Positions 1 to 9,619 of a stretch of 64,000 nt of DNA are shown here, one piece after another (the stretch's first letter is position 1; every line of letters starts with the position of its first letter). The notes beneath the pieces are model-generated. The model was not told the DNA's origin, ran no database searches, and was given only the letters and a program-made list of their open reading frames with translations. The stretch comes from a plasmid: sequence record NZ_CP022071.1. The stretch is one strand, 5' to 3'. Both the position numbers and the translations under genes were made by a program.

Positions 1-1046
1 GTGACATATTTATCGCGGTATGCCCAGCAGGCCTCCGTCAGGCTCCAGGGTTTTCCTTCCATCACCCCGGTTTTCGTACCACCTGGCTCTGAGCATTCTG
101 TGCCTTTCAGCACGCCATCCGCTTTATTAAACGGGCAGCTTTCCACCCACTCCACCCGGGGTATCCACTCCCGGTCCTTTACCTGCATCACCAGTGTCAG
201 CGTGAACGTCGTTCTCCCGCTGGTCAGTTCGTTAAAAATGCGGTCATCCAGCGTCCCGGTACAGCTACCGTTCCCGCTGCAGCTTGTCCCGCTCAGAATC
301 TGGCCCTTACTCAGCATCATTCCCGTCGCGCCACCCAGTGTAATGGTACTGCCCCACGTCATGTTGAAGATGGTATTCATAAAGCCGGCACGGGAATTCC
401 ACAGATAATTCTGTGTGATCACATTCAGGCTGGCGCTGCTTATCGTACCCGCTTCCGGCACGGTTACGCTGAAAACGATCTGCTTACCGGAACGGCTGAA
501 ACTAAAGGCGGTGAGGGTGTAGGTTCTGACCTCTGTTGTCTCTCTCCAGTCGCCGGTGATGGTGGCCGTCCGGGTACAGTATTCCTCCACAGTGGTGTCG
601 CGTTCACAGGTATAATTCGTGAATTCGCTGCGGTTAATCTCCTGCGCGCTGCACTGCTGCCCGGTATTTCCCACAATACTGTCGGCACGGTTCACCACAT
701 CCCTTCCTTTTTCAATAAACGGCGCATCCGGTGACAGAATATCTTTGGGCTTGTTCATGAACGATTCTGTAATGGTTTTACCGGTTTCGCCTGTGGCCCA
801 CTGCGTCGTGCCGTCATTCTTCAGCCCACTGTCACCACCGGCGGTCACGCCACCGTAATATTTCGTTTCATCCGGATTCGCGTTATAGCCGGGTATACTC
901 TCCTGCGGATTAAAATTCCGGATACTGCCGGTGCCCTGGCCTTTGATCTGATGGGCAAAATCTGAACCCGCACGATAATCACTGTTACTGTCAGCCTGTG
1001 CCTGGCCGGCTGCCAGAAGCAGAAACAGAGGTAACATACGTTTCAT
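1..1046 (-). CDS. traN: TraN mating-pair stabilisation protein, N-terminal ~348 aa; the 3' end runs off the window start
   Basis: Minus-strand translation from the ATG at 1046 gives MKRMLPLFLLLAAGQAQADSNSDYRAGSDFAHQIKGQG..., near-identical to the F TraN N-terminus including the signal peptide. It sits in the conserved position downstream of trbC. Confidence 0.9.
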   Translation of the reverse strand, partial: MKRMLPLFLLLAAGQAQADSNSDYRAGSDFAHQIKGQGTGSIRNFNPQESIPGYNANPDETKYYGGVTAGGDSGLKNDGTTQWATGETGKTITESFMNKPKDILSPDAPFIEKGRDVVNRADSIVGNTGQQCSAQEINRSEFTNYTCERDTTVEEYCTRTATITGDWRETTEVRTYTLTAFSFSRSGKQIVFSVTVPEAGTISSASLNVITQNYLWNSRAGFMNTIFNMTWGSTITLGGATGMMLSKGQILSGTSCSGNGSCTGTLDDRIFNELTSGRTTFTLTLVMQVKDREWIPRVEWVESCPFNKADGVLKGTECSEPGGTKTGVMEGKPWSLTEACWAYRDKYV

Positions 1047-1462
1047 TTATTCTCCCCCTCGTATTGCTCAAACCAGAAAACAACCGGTTTATTCACCACA
1101 CTAATCAGCCCAAAACGCTCTGCTGTCCGGAAGTTAACGCTGCTCCGGCGCCCCCGCTCAACCTGCAGGGAGACCTGTTTTCTGAACATCTCCAGCGAAT
1201 ATGTCGTTTTCAGCAAATTGCACGGCGCACAGGACGGGAAGATGTTTTCCGGACAGTCGGCCTCCGGCCTGAAAACGTCACCGGTGGATTTCAGTCTGAA
1301 AATGCCTTTCTCTGCCGCCTTCATGCACCGCTCTGATTTGCGGAGCACTGCCTGAACGTGGTCGGCATGCCATCCTTTCTCCGGCAGTTCACAGCCGCAG
1401 TAAGCACAGCGGCCGCCGAATTTCATACGCAGTCTTTCCCGCTGTTTTCTGGTCAGCGCCAT
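1043..1462 (-). CDS. HNH endonuclease-like protein inserted between trbC and traN
   Basis: 139-aa ORF with Cys/His-rich motifs (CAYCGC...HADH...CAPCN) typical of HNH nucleases. It overlaps the traN start by 4 nt. F has no gene at this position. Confidence 0.6.
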   Translation of the reverse strand: MALTRKQRERLRMKFGGRCAYCGCELPEKGWHADHVQAVLRKSERCMKAAEKGIFRLKSTGDVFRPEADCPENIFPSCAPCNLLKTTYSLEMFRKQVSLQVERGRRSSVNFRTAERFGLISVVNKPVVFWFEQYEGENK

Positions 1463-1498
1463 AACATCTCCTTCCTGCTGTTTATTCCGCAGGGAATG

Positions 1499-2137
1499 TC
1501 ATTGCGGTTTATCTCCGGCACCATCAAGTAATCCGGCAGCCACCTGCCTGCAGTCCCCGGCGGTGACCACTTTCTCCAGCGCCTGCTTCACCCGCAGATT
1601 GCCCCGGATAACGTCATATCCCTGTCGGCAGTACACCACCAGAGTCGGTACGCTGCGGATGTCATATTTCGTGAACAGCGTCGGGTCAATCTGCACACCA
1701 TCTGTTGCCCCATCCTTTACCAGGGACAGAACGGCATCTGCCGTGGCTTTCAGGTCGTTATCCCGCATTCCCCGCAGCGTGGCCGGAATACCGTAGCGAC
1801 GGGTTTCGCCCAGCATGCGCTTCAGCCCCTCTTCCGGAATGGAAAACGAGATAAAGTACACCGCGCCCTGCTCCGGTTTATCCGCCTGAGAAGTCTGCTG
1901 CTTTCGGGCAAGGTCATCCAGGAAATGCCGGTCTGACTGCACCAGGGGATTCGCTTGAATCTGCCGGTCTGCCCACGCTTTCAGTTCAGCATCAGGCCGG
2001 TCGCGCAACTGCCGGCTCAGTTCCTCCTGCTGCTTCAGGAACTGGCGGTTTTCAGGGGTATTAGCGACTCCGCCGGCTGATACCGTCCCGCTTATGACCA
2101 TAATCAGTCCGGCCAGGTATTTTATTTTCCTGTGCAT
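1499..2137 (-). CDS. trbC: TrbC pilus assembly protein
   Basis: Internal start MHRKIKYLAGLIMVISG (signal peptide), then NTPENRQFLKQQEELSRQLR...GDCRQVA, colinear with F TrbC (212 aa). Confidence 0.85.
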   Translation of the reverse strand: MHRKIKYLAGLIMVISGTVSAGGVANTPENRQFLKQQEELSRQLRDRPDAELKAWADRQIQANPLVQSDRHFLDDLARKQQTSQADKPEQGAVYFISFSIPEEGLKRMLGETRRYGIPATLRGMRDNDLKATADAVLSLVKDGATDGVQIDPTLFTKYDIRSVPTLVVYCRQGYDVIRGNLRVKQALEKVVTAGDCRQVAAGLLDGAGDKPQ

Positions 2138-2430
2138 CGCTTTCCCCGGTACATAAATAAAAGAGAAGAAGACTCGAGGGACAGCATAAATGTCACTTCC
2201 AGGTAAAGTCTGATGAGCGATATTTTTCCGGTCGTGTCTGTTTCCATCCACGAATTAACAACATCAGAGATGATGCGTTCCGGAAGAAAATAAAAAGCCA
2301 TCAGCGCAAACATCACCAGCGCAAACGGAAACAGTTTTACACTCTCATTCAGGACCTGCACGACAGCAACCGCCCCCCACCTGATAACGGACAGATAATG
2401 CTGTCTCTTATAAATAATTCGCATAAACAC
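2122..2430 (-). CDS. Hypothetical small membrane protein between traU and trbC
   Basis: 102-aa ORF with hydrophobic segments that fills the traU-trbC gap. It has no F counterpart, so this is a weak call. Confidence 0.3.
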   Translation of the reverse strand: MFMRIIYKRQHYLSVIRWGAVAVVQVLNESVKLFPFALVMFALMAFYFLPERIISDVVNSWMETDTTGKISLIRLYLEVTFMLSLESSSLLFMYRGKRCTGK

Positions 2431-2448
2431 CCTCTCTTCGGTATCGGT

Positions 2449-3441
2449 TTACAGAAATACACAGTTGCGCTTACGCCACATCAGATAGCCAAAGTTCTTC
2501 TTCGTGTTGGGTGGATTTTTCCCGGTTTCCCAGCGCATCACACTGCGCCCGAACGGGTGGCACTGCCCGCTGTCCGGATACATGTTCACCATCTGATAAC
2601 GCCAGCGCTCTTTAGGGAGAATGGGCGACGGATATTCAAAGCAGACGGCGGTATTCTGCCCGATGGTCTCCATAATTTGCCCCTGCCGGTGCAGTTTGAA
2701 GGCCATCCGCTCACTGACCAGCAGGGAGGACTGCAGCGGACTGGATTCGTTACTCACCCAGCCGTTAAACGGATACATGGAGCCCTGAGAGCCTGCACAC
2801 CAGAACAGGACATCCAGCGGTTTATTGAAGGTGCTGGCAATGGCATCTGCCGCGCAGGCCCCCTGGGCTATGGGATTGGCAAAAATTACCGCTTCCGGAT
2901 TGAGAATGCTGGTCAGGCTGCTGTCCGTCCACGTGGGGTCGATTTCGGAGAGGTACGCAATGTCCAGGTCACCGCCCTCCAGACACCCCATCGACGTGAT
3001 GATATTCAGCCAGTACGTGAGCGGGTATTTGTACCAGTGAACGTGGTAGAACGCCCCGTTCACCTGTTTATCCTCCTTCTTCGCCGTACCCTGTGCCGTT
3101 TTCCCGAAGGCCGGCAGGCTGAACCCCAGATTCACCATGCAGCCCGGAGAGCGGGTGACGTCCGTCAGCGCCATTGGCTCCCAGTAGCCAATCGCCAGTC
3201 CGGGACGCTTAAAAATGGGCGGCGGCGCCGGACAGAACTGGAGCGGCATTGAGGGATTGGCCGTATCCGGCAGCTTTCCCTGACTCACTTTTGTACTGCC
3301 CAGCGACAGCGGAAAGATGCAGCTCCAGCAGATATCCGTGATCGGGTTTACAAAACGACTTTCACAGGCCGCATCAGCCGATACCGTGGGGACATGACCG
3401 GCCAGCAGAATCAGTACACACAGCCACAGATACCGTTTCAT
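2449..3441 (-). CDS. traU: TraU pilus assembly / DNA transfer protein
   Basis: Start at MKRYLWLCVLILLAGHV (signal peptide). 330 aa, colinear with F TraU. The ORF-track ORF is N-terminally over-extended. Confidence 0.9.
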   Translation of the reverse strand: MKRYLWLCVLILLAGHVPTVSADAACESRFVNPITDICWSCIFPLSLGSTKVSQGKLPDTANPSMPLQFCPAPPPIFKRPGLAIGYWEPMALTDVTRSPGCMVNLGFSLPAFGKTAQGTAKKEDKQVNGAFYHVHWYKYPLTYWLNIITSMGCLEGGDLDIAYLSEIDPTWTDSSLTSILNPEAVIFANPIAQGACAADAIASTFNKPLDVLFWCAGSQGSMYPFNGWVSNESSPLQSSLLVSERMAFKLHRQGQIMETIGQNTAVCFEYPSPILPKERWRYQMVNMYPDSGQCHPFGRSVMRWETGKNPPNTKKNFGYLMWRKRNCVFL

Positions 3442-4070
3442 TTTCTGCCGTCCTCCGCCGGAATAAATTCCACTTTCAGGAAACGCCCGTCTTTTGCGGC
3501 CGTCACCCTGGCCGGCACCTGGTCGATCCCGAGGCGCTGACACAGCACCCCGTTCTGGTCAAAGTAAATCCGGCTGTCCAGCGCCTTCTCCATCTCAGGG
3601 ATACTGCCCTGCACCAGAATAATTTTGCTCTCCAGCGTCGGCGGCGTCTGGCGTTTCATCCACGACACCTGTTCCGGATCATCGCCGTTAATGAAATACA
3701 GCGTCTGGTTAAAGGGCACATACTGCAGCGGATTCATCACCTCCCCCTGACGGGCAAACACCCGTCCTTCGTTATCCCGGATATCGGCCGCCAGTCTGAC
3801 CGACGGATCAAACAGCCGGCTGCGGTATTTCTCCGCGCGCCCGATACCCGGCACCGCAGGCGGTCGCAGGCTGTTGTGGATCACCCGCTCCTTAAAGGCC
3901 TCCATCCGGCGGCCCATCTCACCGGACTGCTGCAGGGCTTCCAGCCGGTGCATAATCACCGCCAGCATGTCCGGCTCCTGCACCGGCCACAGATCGCCCC
4001 AGGTGCCCAGGTCTGCGGCCGCCACGCTCTGCCCCCATATCAGCAGGGCTGTCAGCCCCCGCCATTTCAC
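3438..4070 (-). CDS. traW: TraW pilus assembly protein (GTG start)
   Basis: VKWRGLTALLIWGQSVAAADLGTWGDLWPVQEPDM... is near-identical to F TraW (210 aa). The stop overlaps the traU start. Confidence 0.85.
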   Translation of the reverse strand: MKWRGLTALLIWGQSVAAADLGTWGDLWPVQEPDMLAVIMHRLEALQQSGEMGRRMEAFKERVIHNSLRPPAVPGIGRAEKYRSRLFDPSVRLAADIRDNEGRVFARQGEVMNPLQYVPFNQTLYFINGDDPEQVSWMKRQTPPTLESKIILVQGSIPEMEKALDSRIYFDQNGVLCQRLGIDQVPARVTAAKDGRFLKVEFIPAEDGRK

Positions 4071-4453
4071 GGCTCTGCCCTCATACGCCGGGCAATATCC
4101 TGCTGGATCTCCCGGGTGATATCCGGCGCGCCCTGTACCACCGCCGGTGAAACCAGAATGACGGCATGGTGCTCCCGCTGCCACGCCTGCAGGCTGGCCT
4201 CCAGGGCCGCATTAAAGCGCCCGGACAACGCTTTCGACTGCGCTTCCGTCAGTTTTTTCTGGCCGGCGCTGTCAAAAAACGCATCCACGGTCTGTTTCAT
4301 GTTGAATGCCACCGTCACCGGCGTGTTCAGCCGGACTATCCCGTAACTGATGGCGGCGTTAAGTACCACCATCCCCAGGCATCCCGGTATCATCCACAGC
4401 CCGTCACGCTTACGCGCTCCCGTGCCGTCAGTCTGTTTCTGCTTTGTACTCAT
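4067..4453 (-). CDS. trbI: TrbI
   Basis: Small membrane protein between traC and traW at the F TrbI position. Likely start is MSTKQKQ. Confidence 0.7.
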   Translation of the reverse strand: MSTKQKQTDGTGARKRDGLWMIPGCLGMVVLNAAISYGIVRLNTPVTVAFNMKQTVDAFFDSAGQKKLTEAQSKALSGRFNAALEASLQAWQREHHAVILVSPAVVQGAPDITREIQQDIARRMRAEP

Positions 4454-7076
4454 AAGTTCCCCTGAATGTCTCATGCTCCTGCAGCCAGGCCTCCAGCGAG
4501 GCCATCTCCGGTCCTGACTTTTTCCACGCCAGCTGCCAGACCGCCTCGTGAATACTCAGCCCCTCTTTCCGCTTCTGCTGTACAAACTCAAAATCAGGAC
4601 CGTCCGAGCTGTACATGGCGCGGCTGAGCGGGTCGACAAACAGACGGTGCCAGGAGGAATGGTTTTCCACCTGCAGCAGGAACGAGCTGAACCACTGGTC
4701 TTTCGCGGCGCCAAATTTCTCAATCATCTCCCGGTGTAGCTGCGGGAACTGATCCGGATACAGCTGGTTGTATTTCGCGAATTCTTTGGCGCTCTGTTTG
4801 AGGATAATTTTGTAGGAAGAGTTACCCCATGCCGCGCGGGCGGCGCTGGACGCCTTGTCGGAGTCAAAGTCGACGATATTCTGCGTGATGGTGATATACG
4901 CGCCGGTGTGACGGCGGGCAGTACGGTAGCCTTTTTCGATGAAGTCCCCGACCTTGCGGTTTTTGAAGTCCAGCAGACGCCAGCCTTCGTCGATCACGTT
5001 CAGCTTTTTGAGGTTACGCGGCGTGCGGTACATCCGGTTTTCGATGTAGATAATCAGGGAAAACATCACCGCAACCAGCAGGGACGGGCGGTCTTCCAGG
5101 CCACCCAGCTCCAGCACCACCATCCTGGCATCATCGCGCAGGGAGGGTTCATCGGAGTTGAAGTATCTGCCGTAAGTGCCTGCTGCCGTGTACTGGTTCA
5201 GCAGGACAATCATTTCATCCAGGCGGCTGCGGATACCGGGTGACTCCGCATACTGTTCGCTCGTGCGGGCGTTTTCCAGAAAATCCACCACGTCATCAAT
5301 ACGCGCCCGGTTCTTTTTTGTCAGCCAGGCTGCCCTGACCGCCTGCAGCAACAGGCCCTCATGGACTTCGTCAAGGTTGCCGTTGGGGCTGGCCATCACC
5401 GACAACTGGTCGCGGATACGTTCGGCCGACTGGTCAATATTGGTGATATTGGCGAAGGGGTTAAAACGCAGGGTCTCCCCGTCCAGGTACACCCCGCCCA
5501 TATTTTCGCACAGGGACTTGTACCCGTCCCCCATGTCAAACACCACTGCAAAGCCGCCGGAATCCAGCACGCTGCGGATAAGCGGCTGTATCAGCCCGGT
5601 CTTGCCCGCCCCGGAAGTTCCGCAGACCGCCATGTTGTAGTTGGTGTTGTTCATTCCCCGGAAGAAAATATCAATAAAGGCCAGCTGGTTACGGTAGGTC
5701 GGAGCCAGCAGCCCGGCGGGCGTCAGCGGGTTATCCGCCACCAGGGGCATCAGGTTGGTCACATTGAAGCTCTCCGCCCGCTGCACCACACCGGCTTCCT
5801 TCAGCTGCTTAAACAGTCCCTTCCCGGCCATAAAGGGCAGGCAGGCCAGGAAATTACGCATGTGGTTAAAGCGCGGCGAAATCAGCTCAAAACCGTTTTT
5901 ACGGAAACTGTTCAGGATATCCTGCTCCGTTTCCAGCGCCGTTTCCTTGTTGTCGCGGCAGAACGCCGTGATATTGAAAAAGTAGGACACCACCGAGGAC
6001 TGGTTCGACGCCAGGCGCTGGCGCAGGTCTCCCCACTCCTTCGCTTCCTTCTCCACGGACGGGAACCATTTGGCGTAGGAGGTCTTCGACTTCTTCTCCA
6101 GATCCATGTACTTCAGGTTCGCTTCGCTGTGGGTCTTCACCTGGTCTTCCACCACCAGGGTCAGCGTCAGAATGAACGGACAGGAGATGGACAGCTCCGG
6201 GTTCAGCAGATTGCTGTAATTATCCGCCGAGTTCCACAGGAAGGCGATTTCCGGGTTACGGGCCAGATGAAAACTCATGATGCGCGCGGTGCTGTTTTTC
6301 CCGTTATCGCGCAGTCCCAGCGTCAGGTAATCCTGCCTGACCTTCAGGTCAAAGGAGTCGTCCACGCACTGGTAATTCAGGTCGGAATACGGGTCCAGCC
6401 GGCGCCGGGTCGGATGGATGGATTCCGGATTGTGATTAATCATCTCCCCGACAATATTAATAAATGCCTTCGCATCAACGGTCTGTGTGCTGATGTATGC
6501 CCCCTGCAGGGAAGCCCGGATAATCTTCACCAGGTTTTCCATCTCCAGGATATCGGCCCGGCTTTTTTTTCTGGAGGGCGCGCAGTATGAGATGAACACC
6601 CGGTAATGGCGCAGGGTCAGGGGCAGGTTCATTCCTTCCGGTAACGGAAAGTGAGTCTCTGCGGCTTTCATGTAGTAGGCGCGGGTGATGGCGTTGAACC
6701 GCTCCGCCTGCTCACCGGACCAGGAGAACTTCCGCAGCCCGTACTCAATACGCTCCCCGACCAGCTGGCTGGACATCAGGTGGACACACAGGGGTATCCC
6801 GCGCGGCAGTTTGGTACGCAGCAGATGGTCAAGGGAGAGCGCAATGGTCTCGTTAGCGCCGTTGACAGGCGTGGCTTCCAGCATAAAGCCCATCGTGGCG
6901 TCATTCATGAACAGGCCGGACTCCTGGTTATAGTCCCGGTACGGCAGCAGACGGCTGAACTGCGGGAAGCTCATCTCGCCGAGGATCTGATTGGCCTGTG
7001 CCGATTCATCCGGCAGCTTCAGCGCGGTCAGCAGCGAGTTGGCCGCCTGAGTGACAGTATCAAGCAGGTTCTTCAC
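4428..7076 (-). CDS. traC: TraC type IV secretion ATPase (VirB4 family)
   Basis: 882 aa, colinear with F TraC (MKNLLDTVTQAANSLLTALKLPDESAQAN...). Walker A motif GTSGAGKTG. Confidence 0.95.
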   Translation of the reverse strand: MKNLLDTVTQAANSLLTALKLPDESAQANQILGEMSFPQFSRLLPYRDYNQESGLFMNDATMGFMLEATPVNGANETIALSLDHLLRTKLPRGIPLCVHLMSSQLVGERIEYGLRKFSWSGEQAERFNAITRAYYMKAAETHFPLPEGMNLPLTLRHYRVFISYCAPSRKKSRADILEMENLVKIIRASLQGAYISTQTVDAKAFINIVGEMINHNPESIHPTRRRLDPYSDLNYQCVDDSFDLKVRQDYLTLGLRDNGKNSTARIMSFHLARNPEIAFLWNSADNYSNLLNPELSISCPFILTLTLVVEDQVKTHSEANLKYMDLEKKSKTSYAKWFPSVEKEAKEWGDLRQRLASNQSSVVSYFFNITAFCRDNKETALETEQDILNSFRKNGFELISPRFNHMRNFLACLPFMAGKGLFKQLKEAGVVQRAESFNVTNLMPLVADNPLTPAGLLAPTYRNQLAFIDIFFRGMNNTNYNMAVCGTSGAGKTGLIQPLIRSVLDSGGFAVVFDMGDGYKSLCENMGGVYLDGETLRFNPFANITNIDQSAERIRDQLSVMASPNGNLDEVHEGLLLQAVRAAWLTKKNRARIDDVVDFLENARTSEQYAESPGIRSRLDEMIVLLNQYTAAGTYGRYFNSDEPSLRDDARMVVLELGGLEDRPSLLVAVMFSLIIYIENRMYRTPRNLKKLNVIDEGWRLLDFKNRKVGDFIEKGYRTARRHTGAYITITQNIVDFDSDKASSAARAAWGNSSYKIILKQSAKEFAKYNQLYPDQFPQLHREMIEKFGAAKDQWFSSFLLQVENHSSWHRLFVDPLSRAMYSSDGPDFEFVQQKRKEGLSIHEAVWQLAWKKSGPEMASLEAWLQEHETFRGTYEYKAETD

Positions 7077-7091
7077 ACGAACACCTTAACC

Positions 7092-7355
7092 TTAAGAAAA
7101 ACAGAATGTTGAAACGGGAAGCGCGAACAGACAGAACAGGAAGACTGCTCCCTGCCACTGCAGAAGAAACAGTCCATTCCACTGCCACTGATAAAACAAC
7201 CAGACGGAAGGAGCCAGCAGAGCAAAAACATGAAGACCTGCAGCGACCCCGGTCATGATGGCCGTTGCCTCCCGGCGCACCACGGAGTTCAGGAGAAAAA
7301 GCCGCAGCACGGTCACCACAATAGAGCCTGTTACCAGCAGCGCCTGTAATCTCAT
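7092..7355 (-). CDS. Hypothetical hydrophobic protein (extra ORF between traR and traC)
   Basis: 87-aa ORF that is almost entirely hydrophobic. Not present in F. Confidence 0.35.
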   Translation of the reverse strand: MRLQALLVTGSIVVTVLRLFLLNSVVRREATAIMTGVAAGLHVFALLAPSVWLFYQWQWNGLFLLQWQGAVFLFCLFALPVSTFCFS

Positions 7356-7471
7356 TCACTTCCAGGATTCAGCAGAAAGCGGATGCTTATGCAGGAAATA
7401 TTCATTCACAAAGGAAAGACTCCAGTACACCAGGAGAAAACCGGCCACGCCGTAACGCTGCAGATAAACCT

Positions 7472-7915
7472 TCATTCTGATTTATCCCCGCCGACAAACT
7501 TCCGGATGGCATCCTGTTCACGCTGACGGGTTGCAAGCTCCTCCACTTCATTACTGCTCTCCCACCAGAGACGCAGGATGTCGTCTTCATCCCGTCCGGT
7601 CAGCGTTTTCCCGGACAGCAGGCGGCGGAGCAGCTCCCGGCGAACGTCTGCGGTATCTTCCACCCGGCGCAACAGCCACAGCAGTGTCTGACGACTGAGC
7701 GCGATATACCTGTCCAGGCAGAAGAACATAAAAACCAGATAAATCAGACAAACGCATATCACGACACACAGCGTGTATTTCAGGAGCAGGGAGGTACTGA
7801 ATAACGCAGTAATCACACTCAGTACGGCGGTAATTATTGAGAGGAAGCCCAGGTTTTTAAATACCCGCACCTGTCGTCGGTATATCCGGTCATGTTTATC
7901 AATAATGGATTCCAT
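7472..7915 (-). CDS. Hypothetical membrane protein (extra ORF between traR and traC)
   Basis: TM-rich ORF. I placed the start at MESIIDKHD so it begins after the traR stop. A 38-aa ORF (7361..7475) overlaps its stop by 4 nt. Confidence 0.4.
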   Translation of the reverse strand: MESIIDKHDRIYRRQVRVFKNLGFLSIITAVLSVITALFSTSLLLKYTLCVVICVCLIYLVFMFFCLDRYIALSRQTLLWLLRRVEDTADVRRELLRRLLSGKTLTGRDEDDILRLWWESSNEVEELATRQREQDAIRKFVGGDKSE

Positions 7916-7931
7916 TTTTTCAGCGTCTGAT

Positions 7932-8153
7932 TTATGCATAATGCCTGCCCTGTTTTTCCAGAAAAGACTGGCATTCGACACACAACGTCACGCCAGGAAA
8001 TATTTTTCGCCGCGCCTCCGGAATGGGATTACCGCATGCTTCACACCGGTAAACCGGAATACCTTTACGGTTTACTTTCTGCCGTATCCGGTTTATTCCC
8101 GTCACGGTCAGTTGTTCTGTCACTGAATATGCCTCATCGGCTTCATCGCTCAT
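7932..8153 (-). CDS. traR: TraR, DksA/TraR-family C4 zinc-finger protein
   Basis: 73 aa with CEACGNPIPEARRKIFPGVTLCVECQ, the C4 zinc finger of the TraR/DksA family. Confidence 0.85.
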   Translation of the reverse strand: MSDEADEAYSVTEQLTVTGINRIRQKVNRKGIPVYRCEACGNPIPEARRKIFPGVTLCVECQSFLEKQGRHYA

Positions 8154-8287
8154 GGAATATGTCTCCTGACACGTTCTGACACGCTACCGCCCGTCCCTTT
8201 TCACGCACAGGGCACTCGTTTTACAGGCAGGTTTTGAATACAGAAAGCCGGCCGGCATTGCCGGCTGATATCTGACTGACGCGTCAG

Positions 8288-8803
8288 TTAATTAATCCGT
8301 GGCTTTCCCCACACGGACGGTTTAATGACAAAAAATACGCCGGACGGCTGATGGTAAATATCCTGGCTGTCAATATAGGGCGCTATCCATAACGCCGCCG
8401 TCTGCTCCCTGGTTCTCAGTGGACGGGGCGGCACCACAGGAGAGACCGTACTGACAGCCGCCACCGGTTTCACCTCCCGGGCAGCCGTAAACAGCGGGTG
8501 TGGTGCCGGCGGTTTCTGCCCGGAACGCGGGGCGGCCACGGTCTTTGCGACGGGTAGAGTGACGGTACTGACTACCTGTACCGGCGTCGTGCGAAAGTTA
8601 CCCTCAGCCAGGCGCGGCAGTGATACCGCACCCGGCTTTACCGTCTCAGGTTGCTCCTGTCTTTTCGCTTTTTCATTGGCCTGCTCCATCGTCATACAGG
8701 TGTCTGACGTGGTGGCGGTACATTCAAAGTCGGAGTTCGTTCCGGCGCATCCGGACAGCAGAAGCGCGCCACAGAAAGGGATCAGGCATGAAATCCGGTT
8801 CAT
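8288..8803 (-). CDS. traV: TraV outer-membrane lipoprotein
   Basis: 171 aa with lipobox LLSGCAG and CTATTSDTCMTMEQANEKAK, as in F TraV. Confidence 0.9.
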   Translation of the reverse strand: MNRISCLIPFCGALLLSGCAGTNSDFECTATTSDTCMTMEQANEKAKRQEQPETVKPGAVSLPRLAEGNFRTTPVQVVSTVTLPVAKTVAAPRSGQKPPAPHPLFTAAREVKPVAAVSTVSPVVPPRPLRTREQTAALWIAPYIDSQDIYHQPSGVFFVIKPSVWGKPRIN

Positions 8804-9045
8804 GATTTCGCCCCTTTCTTATTCTCACGCAGCAGCTTTTTGATTAATTCAGACAGAACACATGTTTTCCCTGCGCCAGGCATTCCGGTAACTGAAAAAT
8901 TATATTCCTGTCGTGAGAAATTATATTCCCGGCGACCGGAGAGTATTATTTTTGTAGTGCAGTTACTGATAACATATTTCACAAAATCATCCTGCACGGA
9001 TTCATCAGGAACTGAAATAACATTACGTATGTTCATTTTTATCAC
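8800..9045 (-). CDS. Small protein at the trbD/trbG position
   Basis: 81 aa between traP and traV. It carries a P-loop-like GMPGAGKT motif. Confidence 0.5.
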   Translation of the reverse strand: MIKMNIRNVISVPDESVQDDFVKYVISNCTTKIILSGRREYNFSRQEYNFSVTGMPGAGKTCVLSELIKKLLRENKKGAKS

Positions 9046-9619
9046 CCTCTTTTTTAGCCTCTTTATTACCAGAATAAGAAACCTGCCCGTTTGTATTTAC
9101 TTTTAAAGTCCGGATTTCGTTTTCTTTATCAATATACTTCAGGTTGTTTGTCGCTGTGTCATACGCATATGTCAGTGGATTGTGACGGTACGGCCGGTCT
9201 CCGATCATTACTGCCACCGCGGTATACAACAGCGCCAGCATCCCCCATAACAGCCATCCCGTTTGCGACAGGGACTGGTCGATATCTGCCGCGTATTCTT
9301 CCGCGCCGGTTATTTTTAGCGGACAGTTTTCCGTCAGATTCAGCGGTACAGGTGACGACACCGTGAAAGCCGGGTCAGGGCAGTCCCGGACCGGAAACAT
9401 CCCGGACGGGGCCATTGCCCTCACCCGTCCGATTTCCTGCGCCATCTGTTGTCCCGGCGTGGTATCCCCCGTCCGGAAGAGCAGAATGACAACAATGGCT
9501 GTTGTGGCCAGCGGCCAGATAACGGCATATTTCACGCCCCATATCAGCCAGCGCAGAAGACCGGCAATACGATATAAAACGGCACGTCCCTTCAGGTTGT
9601 TCAGCCGGTTATTTCCCAT
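9023..9619 (-). CDS. traP: TraP
   Basis: 198-aa membrane protein immediately downstream of traB, matching F TraP in position and size. Confidence 0.7.
   Translation of the reverse strand: MGNNRLNNLKGRAVLYRIAGLLRWLIWGVKYAVIWPLATTAIVVILLFRTGDTTPGQQMAQEIGRVRAMAPSGMFPVRDCPDPAFTVSSPVPLNLTENCPLKITGAEEYAADIDQSLSQTGWLLWGMLALLYTAVAVMIGDRPYRHNPLTYAYDTATNNLKYIDKENEIRTLKVNTNGQVSYSGNKEAKKEGDKNEHT

Noticed and set aside
1-408. 135-aa plus-strand ORF at the window start
   Set aside because: Antisense to traN, whose minus-strand translation matches F TraN.
5361-6590. 409-aa plus-strand ORF and other long plus-strand ORFs (4908..5243, 5176..5640, 6651..7112)
   Set aside because: They lie entirely antisense within traC, which has strong homology on the minus strand. 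Such ORFs are typical shadow ORFs.
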